DNA of 32,000 nucleotides, from contig NC_009483.1 in NCBI RefSeq assembly GCF_000016745.1, positions 5,100,001-5,132,000 on the forward strand, given 5' to 3'. The notes beneath the pieces are model-generated. The model was not told where the DNA came from. It did not search any database and was given only the letters and a program-made list of their open reading frames with translations. Below, piece after piece: positions 26,399 through 32,000 of the stretch. Positions within the stretch are counted from its first letter, which is position 1; the number at the start of each line of letters is the position of its first letter. The DNA comes from Geotalea uraniireducens Rf4 (GTDB taxonomy: Bacteria > Desulfobacterota > Desulfuromonadia > Geobacterales > Geobacteraceae). The translations under genes and the position numbers were made by a program.

Positions 26399-27301
26399 AT
26401 GAATGACAATTCGCTCATGCAAAATGCTCAATCCATGATCGACACCATTATTGAGCTCCCAACCATCCCTCATGTAGCTACCCGGGTAATTGACTTGTTG
26501 GACAAACCGGATGTGGAGTTGGATGAAGTGGCCGATATGATCCTGACTGACCAGGTACTGGCCGCCCGTGTCATCAAGATTGTCAACTCTCCCTTTTACA
26601 AGCCTGCCCATGAAATTAAATCCGTTAAGCGGGCACTTATCTATCTTGGCTTTCGTCACATAAGAGAACTGGCCTTCACCTGTTCCTTCGTCGATGTTTT
26701 CCAGGGCAAAGACGGTGCTTTTAATATCAGGACCTTCTGGGAACACTCTTTCGGTGTTGGTATTGTCGCAAAAATCATCGCCCAAAGATTTCGCTATCCA
26801 GACACGGAAAAAGCTTACCTGGTAGGTATAGTCCACGATATAGGCGAGGTTTTTTTAAGCTATTACATGCGAGACAAGTTTGAAAAACTTCTTGAAGCAA
26901 TGAACGGCCAGGCGTACCGCATGGTTGAAGCAGAGCAGCAGTTTTTCGGTACCACCCATTGCGAGATCGGGCTTTGCATTAGCCGAAAATGGAATTTTCC
27001 CCCGGATTACTGCGAAGTGATTGCCTGCCACCACGCCCCCGAGACTGCTACAATTGACCCGACACTGGCAGCAATTGTTAACCTTGCCGATCTTTTCTGC
27101 TCTGTTCGACAGTTGGACTATGGCGGTCAGTCATGGGTATCATTCAAACTCGCAGAGGAAAAGTCCTGGGGAATTCTGAAAAACTTTGCCCCTCATCTCG
27201 CTGGATTTGATGTGGAACGTTTTTGTTATGAACTGGATGATCGCGTACCGGAAGTACAGGATCTGGTTAAATCAATTTTTCAAGGCATCGCCGCGGAGTA
27301 A
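26399..27301 (+). CDS. HDOD domain protein (300 aa) embedded in the che operon
   Basis: LPTIPHVATRVIDLLDKPDVELDEVADMILTDQVLAARVIKIVNSPFY...ALIYLGF...FWEHSFGVG...GIVHDIGEV is the typical HDOD pattern. RBS AAGGAAAA is present. Gaps to the neighbouring genes are 11 and 5 nt. Confidence 0.85.
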   Translation: MNDNSLMQNAQSMIDTIIELPTIPHVATRVIDLLDKPDVELDEVADMILTDQVLAARVIKIVNSPFYKPAHEIKSVKRALIYLGFRHIRELAFTCSFVDVFQGKDGAFNIRTFWEHSFGVGIVAKIIAQRFRYPDTEKAYLVGIVHDIGEVFLSYYMRDKFEKLLEAMNGQAYRMVEAEQQFFGTTHCEIGLCISRKWNFPPDYCEVIACHHAPETATIDPTLAAIVNLADLFCSVRQLDYGGQSWVSFKLAEEKSWGILKNFAPHLAGFDVERFCYELDDRVPEVQDLVKSIFQGIAAE

Positions 27302-27306
27302 TCCTT

Positions 27307-28380
27307 ATGCTTCCACCGCAACCCACCAAATTGAGAGTTTTGGTAGTTGATGACTCATGTTTCATGCGTATGGCCATCCGTGGCATTCTGGCAAAAGACC
27401 CGCAGATAGAGATTGTCGGTGTTGCTTCCGACGGTGTTGAAGGGGTTGAAAAAGCACTGGAACTCAAGCCTGACCTTATAACCATGGATGTGGAAATGCC
27501 GCGGATGGACGGCATCGCCGCGCTGAAACAGATAATGGCTAAGGCTCCGACGCGTGTGCTCATGGTATCAACCCTCACCTGCGAAGGTGCAAAAGCAACC
27601 TTTGAAGCGCTGGAAGCGGGCGCCATTGACTTTATCCCGAAAAACATCAGCGACTCTGTAGATGCACAAAAAACATTCCGGGCAGATCTGCTCTTTAAGG
27701 TCAAGGAAGCCGCCGGTTCCATCATTCAAACTGACCGATTCAGCTCCAAAAGAATATCGGTTGCGCCTCCAGCTCCTGTCCTGAAATCACGTTTTTCTCA
27801 CCATAAAGTCAGCTGTGTCGGCATCGGTGCCTCCACCGGAGGTCCGGTTGCGCTTCAGGAAGTACTCTCGCGCATTCCCGTAAATTTCCCCTTCGGCATC
27901 ATCGTTGCCATCCACATGCCCAAAGCGTTTACCGGTCCTTACGCCGAAAGGCTCAATGCCAAATGCTCGCTCGACATCCGCGAAGCGTCAGATGGCGATA
28001 TGTTAAAGCCCGGACAGGTCCTCATTGCTCCCGGCGGCATGCATACGGCTCTGGTCCGTCACGGAACAGGTTTTTCCGTCAAAACAATGCCGACCAGTAC
28101 CTATCCCCAGTACATTTATGTCCCTTCGGTAGACCTGATGATGCAATCGCTCGCAGATGCGAGCAACGGTTCGATGCTTGGAGTAATTCTTACCGGCATG
28201 GGAAGCGACGGCTTTAAGGGTATGCAGCATTTGAAAAGCAGGGGTGGGATCACATTGGTACAGAATGAGGCGAGCTCCACCATATACGGAATGCCACGGG
28301 CCTGTGTAGAAGGTGGGGTGGCGGATGAGGTTTTGCCGCTCGATCAGATCGGTTTTGAAATTGCGAGAATCGCCGGTTAA
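27307..28380 (+). CDS. cheB: Protein-glutamate methylesterase/deamidase CheB (REC + CheB_methylest)
   Basis: REC domain: RVLVVDDSCFMR...LITMDVEMPRMDGI. Catalytic domain: GIGASTGGP, AIHMP, TGMGSDG. Confidence 0.93.
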   Translation: MLPPQPTKLRVLVVDDSCFMRMAIRGILAKDPQIEIVGVASDGVEGVEKALELKPDLITMDVEMPRMDGIAALKQIMAKAPTRVLMVSTLTCEGAKATFEALEAGAIDFIPKNISDSVDAQKTFRADLLFKVKEAAGSIIQTDRFSSKRISVAPPAPVLKSRFSHHKVSCVGIGASTGGPVALQEVLSRIPVNFPFGIIVAIHMPKAFTGPYAERLNAKCSLDIREASDGDMLKPGQVLIAPGGMHTALVRHGTGFSVKTMPTSTYPQYIYVPSVDLMMQSLADASNGSMLGVILTGMGSDGFKGMQHLKSRGGITLVQNEASSTIYGMPRACVEGGVADEVLPLDQIGFEIARIAG

Positions 28381-28383
28381 TGG

Positions 28384-28731
28384 TCAGCGCTGAGCATCCA
28401 GGGCGATCCCATCCGGCAGCACCGCTATGCGGCAGCGTGAAAATCCCTCGCGTTTGAGGCGAAAGAGGAGAAACGGTGCAGCCGGCATGAGGCATCCCTT
28501 GAAAAACAGCGCCAGCTCATGTCGTTGATTAACTGCTGCATCGAGGTTTGCCAGGTACGATGGCACGTGTTCAGGTAGTACCTGCGTGTAACCTTCAGGG
28601 AAAAGTACCGCAGGTTTCACCACATTCCCTTTCGCAGCGTAGAGCCCCCCACGGAGCGGAAATAACGCCCGTATGATTGTTTGGAGTGTAATGCAAAAAC
28701 GTTTCAATGCGTTCAATATCACTATTCTCAA
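28384..28731 (-). CDS. Hypothetical protein (up to 115 aa; start uncertain)
   Basis: This is the only open frame across 28384-28672. The track start is TTG, and GTG/TTG alternatives lie downstream. I recognise no motif. The stop lies 3 nt from the cheB stop on the opposite strand. Confidence 0.45.
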   Translation of the reverse strand: MRIVILNALKRFCITLQTIIRALFPLRGGLYAAKGNVVKPAVLFPEGYTQVLPEHVPSYLANLDAAVNQRHELALFFKGCLMPAAPFLLFRLKREGFSRCRIAVLPDGIALDAQR

Positions 28732-28773
28732 TATATTCCAGCCTGACCACGACGCAGCTTATGTAAGCCGTTG

Positions 28774-29505
28774 TTACTTTAGATTCAGCACCACGTTGCG
28801 GACTTTTCCGCTTTCTTTCTCCCGGTATTGGAGCCGCAATTCCTTGGCAGTCTGCGCTTCACCCGGAAAAAATACGAAACCGTTGGCAAGCGATTCCGGT
28901 GGGATCACTTTCCCTTCCAGTCCCTTGGCCCGTATGTCATCCGTTATCCGATATTCCCGTTCACTGGAGGTCCCCTCCTTCACACCGCCGATAACAGCCC
29001 CTCCTGCAGCCCCGACCGCTGCGCCCCGCAGTGTTGCCTCGCCGACGCTCCCCCCGGAGACAATCCCAAGCGCAGCCCCGAGGATGGTACCCGCTGCTGC
29101 ACCGAGCACCGCTCCTGTTCCTGCGCCTTTGCCGAAGAACGCAGCCAGCTGAGTGGATTTTTCCAGACGATCGATAGCAGTATTGGTCGGAATAATGTTC
29201 CAGTAGCGGTTATCGTCATCAACCAGGAAGGTCTGGTTGTTGACGATTTCGAGATTTTTACCGCTTTTGTTCTCCAGCACTATTTGGACGGGCAAGAGTC
29301 CCGCCCCCTTGATGTCAAAACCAAATGCTTTTTCCGCCGCATCCGTGTCCGCATATGCCTCACCTCCCAAGCTGGCGCCGTCAACGACCTGTAAATTCGG
29401 GTAGGCCGCCGGCGGTCTGAACGAGGCGTATTGGGTCTTGTACGTGGTGCATCCCGATAGCATCAATATCGGCAGCACAATCATCGAACAAATTTTAATT
29501 TTCAT
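28774..29505 (-). CDS. Lipoprotein with a central glycine-zipper segment (243 aa)
   Basis: From ATG 29505 the signal with lipobox is MKIKICSMIVLPILMLSGC. The central segment is FFGKGAGTGAVLGAAAGTILGAALGIVSGGSVGEATLRGAAVGAAGGAVIGGV (GxxxG repeats). The in-frame upstream extension to 29643 in the track lacks any signal peptide. Confidence 0.75.
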   Translation of the reverse strand: MKIKICSMIVLPILMLSGCTTYKTQYASFRPPAAYPNLQVVDGASLGGEAYADTDAAEKAFGFDIKGAGLLPVQIVLENKSGKNLEIVNNQTFLVDDDNRYWNIIPTNTAIDRLEKSTQLAAFFGKGAGTGAVLGAAAGTILGAALGIVSGGSVGEATLRGAAVGAAGGAVIGGVKEGTSSEREYRITDDIRAKGLEGKVIPPESLANGFVFFPGEAQTAKELRLQYREKESGKVRNVVLNLK

Positions 29506-29542
29506 ATCATCCCCCCATGGCTTGTTGCTGTTATAATACTTT

Positions 29543-29557
29543 AGCACCTGCGTGCCA
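29543..29557 (-). promoter_or_regulatory. Sigma54-like near-match (TGGCACG-N3-GTGCT) about 40 nt upstream of the lipoprotein start; spacer 1 nt shorter than canonical
   Basis: The minus strand reads TTGCGCAATGGCACGCAGGTGCTAAAG. GG to GC spacing is 10 rather than 11 nt. An alternative sigma70 reading is TTGCGC-N16-TAAAGT. Confidence 0.2.
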
Positions 29558-29761
29558 TTGCGCAACATGTCCGTCATTTGAGAGATACGACAACGTTTCG
29601 ATGAATTTTCTTGCGGAAATTTTCTCGGCTGGGGGAAATTCAAGGCTTCCGAATTTCCATTGTAGCCGACTTTTTACGGTTGACCCAAGTATTGATATAC
29701 CTGGCGGCTCACAACAGCATAAACCTGAAATTTACGCCAATAAACCAAGGGTGCTCTTTTT

Positions 29762-30421
29762 TCAATCCGCCACCTTCTCCATTACCACAAGATAACGGGA
29801 ATCTCCGCTCACCGGCAGTCTGAACTCGAGCAGTTCAGCAATGCGTGCCCCCAGGTCGTCCAACGCACCTTTTGCCGCTTCCGCCTCATCACGGCCGCCT
29901 CGTCCTTTCATTGCAATTAACCTTCCGTCAGACTTCAACAATGGCAACGTCATCGCGGCAAAGGTAGGAATGTCCGAAAACGCCCGGGAGACGATCCAGT
30001 CGAACTGTCCGGCATGGCTTTTCGCCAATTCCTCCCCACGGACGTGGACGGCTTCAAAATCGTGCAGGTGCAGAAGGCGCGCGACATGACGCTGAAAGAT
30101 CACCTTTTTCTCTACCGCGTCAACCGACATCACGTGCAGATCATGCAAAACTATCTTAAGCGGAATAGCCGGAAAGCCTCCACCAGAACCGATATCAAGG
30201 AGCCGCCCTTTGTTCTTGACCACCTTTGCCAGGGTCAGCGAGTCAACAAAGTGCTTCAACGCGATCTCTTCATCCGTTTTGATGGCGGTGAGATTGATTT
30301 TTTTACTCCATTTCGTGAGCTCGCTCGCATAGGTATAAAAATTTCCCAGTTGTGCGCTGGTCAGATGCAGTCCAAGCTCTGTCGCCCCTGTGACAAGAAG
30401 TTTTTTTGCTGTTTCGTTCAC
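29762..30421 (-). CDS. rsmG: 16S rRNA (guanine527-N7)-methyltransferase RsmG (GidB)
   Basis: LTAIKTDEEIALKHFVDSL...LLDIGSGGGFPAIPLKI... 219 aa. The GTG start overlaps the mnmG stop (GTGA). Confidence 0.9.
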   Translation of the reverse strand: MNETAKKLLVTGATELGLHLTSAQLGNFYTYASELTKWSKKINLTAIKTDEEIALKHFVDSLTLAKVVKNKGRLLDIGSGGGFPAIPLKIVLHDLHVMSVDAVEKKVIFQRHVARLLHLHDFEAVHVRGEELAKSHAGQFDWIVSRAFSDIPTFAAMTLPLLKSDGRLIAMKGRGGRDEAEAAKGALDDLGARIAELLEFRLPVSGDSRYLVVMEKVAD

Positions 30422-32000
30422 CGTCCGTTCCTCGCCTTCAATGCAATTGACAGTATGGTAATGGCCGCGGGAGTTACACCCGGTATGCGCGATGCCTGAC
30501 CAAGGGTATCGGGTCTGAATTGCTGCAGTTTTTCCCGGACTTCCGCGGATAAACCCGGTAGACCGGCATATTCCAAATCGCCCGGTATTTTGGCACTCTC
30601 CAGCTTGCGCGCGCGCTCGACCTGCTCTAACTGCCTGTCGATATACCCTTGATATTTTATTTGTATCTCTACTTGCTCCCGCACTGCTGCCGGTATTTCC
30701 ATAATATGCTTATCGATACGCGCCAATTCCCGGCTATCGATATCGGGGCGCCTCAGGAGCTGTTCATATGTCATTGCATTCTGCATTCCGGTCAGCCCGA
30801 ATTCTTCCATAAAGACATCGTCCGCCTCAGAAGGCAGCAGTTTTTCTTGCCGCAGACGCTGCAACTCCTCTTCAATCATGTTTTTCTTTGCATGAAATCG
30901 CCGATACTCTTCCTCCCGCACGAGGCCTATGGCATAACCCTTCTCGCACAGTCGCAGATCGGCATTGTCCTCGCGCAGCAGAAGCCGATACTCTGCCCTG
31001 GATGTGAACATTCGGTATGGTTCTTTACTCCCCAGCGTCACCAGATCATCAATCATCACGCCGATATAGGCATCATTGCGCCCCAGAATCAACGGCTCCT
31101 TGCCCTGCACCCGAAGGGCGGCGTTGATCCCGGCAATCAGCCCCTGTGCAGCCGCTTCTTCGTAGCCGGAAGTACCATTGATCTGTCCGGCATGGTAGAG
31201 ATTGCCGACCACCTTTGTTTCCAGCGATGCATGAAGTTGGATCGGGTCCACGTAGTCGTACTCAATGGCGTAGGCGGGACGCATGATTTCGACCCGCTCC
31301 AATCCATAAATGGAGCGATAAAACGCCCATTGCACGTCAATCGGAAGCGATGTGGAGAGGCCACTCGGGTAGACTTCGACCGTATCCACCCCCTCCGGCT
31401 CAATGAATGTCTGATGACGGTCCTTCTCGGGAAAGCGGACGACCTTGTCCTCTATTGACGGGCAGTAACGAGGCCCCACCCCCTCTATGATGCCGGAATA
31501 GAGTGGTGAACGGTCCAGACCCGACCGGATGATGTCATGGCTTCGCTCGTTGGTATAGGCAATGTGGCAGGGTACCTGGGATTGGGTAATCTTATCGGTA
31601 GAGAACGAAAACGGAATCGGCGGATTATCTCCATACTGCGGCTCCAGCCTGCTGAAATCGATGGTGCGGCCATCAAGCCTTGCCGGCGTCCCGGTCTTGA
31701 GCCTTCCCACCTTAAAGCCACATTCCTCCAGGCTGACGGAAAGACCGACTGACGGCAGGTCCCCCGCCCTCCCCCCCGGATAATGGGTTAAACCGATATG
31801 GATCAGGCCGCGCATGAATGTTCCAGTGGTGAGGATAATGGTTTTCCCCAGGTAGCGCACCCCGGCCTTGGTATCGACACCGACTACATTCCCGTCTTCA
31901 ACAAGAAGGCTGGTCACCTCGGCCTGCTTGAGATCAAGCTTATCCTGGTGCTCCAGTATCCGCTTCATCCGCAATCGATACTGCTGCTTGTCTGCTTGCG
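30418..32000 (-). CDS. mnmG: tRNA uridine 5-carboxymethylaminomethyl modification enzyme MnmG (GidA), C-terminal ~527 aa (5' end beyond the right edge)
   Basis: GPRYCPSIEDKVVRFPEKDRHQTFIEPEG, YAIEYDY, LYHAGQINGTSGYEEAAAQGL, FTSRAEYRLLLREDNAD. The reading frame stays open upstream of the track start to position 32000 (..QADKQQYRL..). Confidence 0.93.
   Translation of the reverse strand, partial: QADKQQYRLRMKRILEHQDKLDLKQAEVTSLLVEDGNVVGVDTKAGVRYLGKTIILTTGTFMRGLIHIGLTHYPGGRAGDLPSVGLSVSLEECGFKVGRLKTGTPARLDGRTIDFSRLEPQYGDNPPIPFSFSTDKITQSQVPCHIAYTNERSHDIIRSGLDRSPLYSGIIEGVGPRYCPSIEDKVVRFPEKDRHQTFIEPEGVDTVEVYPSGLSTSLPIDVQWAFYRSIYGLERVEIMRPAYAIEYDYVDPIQLHASLETKVVGNLYHAGQINGTSGYEEAAAQGLIAGINAALRVQGKEPLILGRNDAYIGVMIDDLVTLGSKEPYRMFTSRAEYRLLLREDNADLRLCEKGYAIGLVREEEYRRFHAKKNMIEEELQRLRQEKLLPSEADDVFMEEFGLTGMQNAMTYEQLLRRPDIDSRELARIDKHIMEIPAAVREQVEIQIKYQGYIDRQLEQVERARKLESAKIPGDLEYAGLPGLSAEVREKLQQFRPDTLGQASRIPGVTPAAITILSIALKARNGR

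Noticed and set aside
29506-32000. Replication-origin proximity suggested by mnmG-rsmG (gidA-gidB), which often neighbour parAB/oriC.
   Set aside because: No parA/parB follows rsmG here. I see no cluster of DnaA boxes (TTATCCACA or its complement) in the adjacent intergenic regions. The only near-match (TATCCACA, about 5316-5323) is inside the EamA coding sequence.
1-32000. A scan for CRISPR arrays, tRNA/rRNA genes, transposases, integrases and prophage genes.
   Set aside because: I found no regularly spaced direct repeats, no cloverleaf-compatible sequences in intergenic regions, and no ORFs with DDE, tyrosine-recombinase or phage structural motifs.

Overview
The window looks like core chromosome from a Desulfuromonadales/Geobacter-like deltaproteobacterium. 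That assignment is inferred from gene content (small c-type cytochromes, a haem-c sensor MCP); no rRNA is present to confirm it. It holds about 26 protein genes and no rRNA, tRNA, CRISPR array, transposase or integrase. Gene order, left to right: a partial methyl-accepting chemotaxis protein (-) whose periplasmic domain has a CXXCH motif; a 1164-aa SWIM + SNF2 helicase (-); an EamA transporter (+); two adjacent outer-membrane beta-barrel genes (-); PBP1A (+); HU (+) with a strong promoter and terminator; an apparent operon of dihaem cytochrome lipoprotein, pyruvate kinase, OYE flavoprotein and AEC transporter (+); prfC (-); tatD-family and tcdA (+); a ferritin-like gene with a mini cytochrome c (+); a sigma54 activator with receiver domain plus a lytic transglycosylase (-), divergent from cheW-cheA-cheR-HDOD-cheB (+); a small orphan ORF and a glycine-zipper lipoprotein (-); and rsmG with partial mnmG (-). 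The most interesting items are: (1) the che operon, which has no cheY and no MCP and is paired divergently with an NtrC-type response regulator, an arrangement like Myxococcus Che3/CrdA, with an HDOD protein embedded; (2) a ~200-nt terminator-bounded non-coding stretch with twin GTTTCC/GGAAAC palindromes, a candidate sRNA; (3) a ~174-bp long-hairpin, MITE-like element in the prfC/tatD intergenic region; (4) odd couplings of cytochromes with cytoplasmic enzymes. All functional calls rest on motif recognition by eye. No database search was run.
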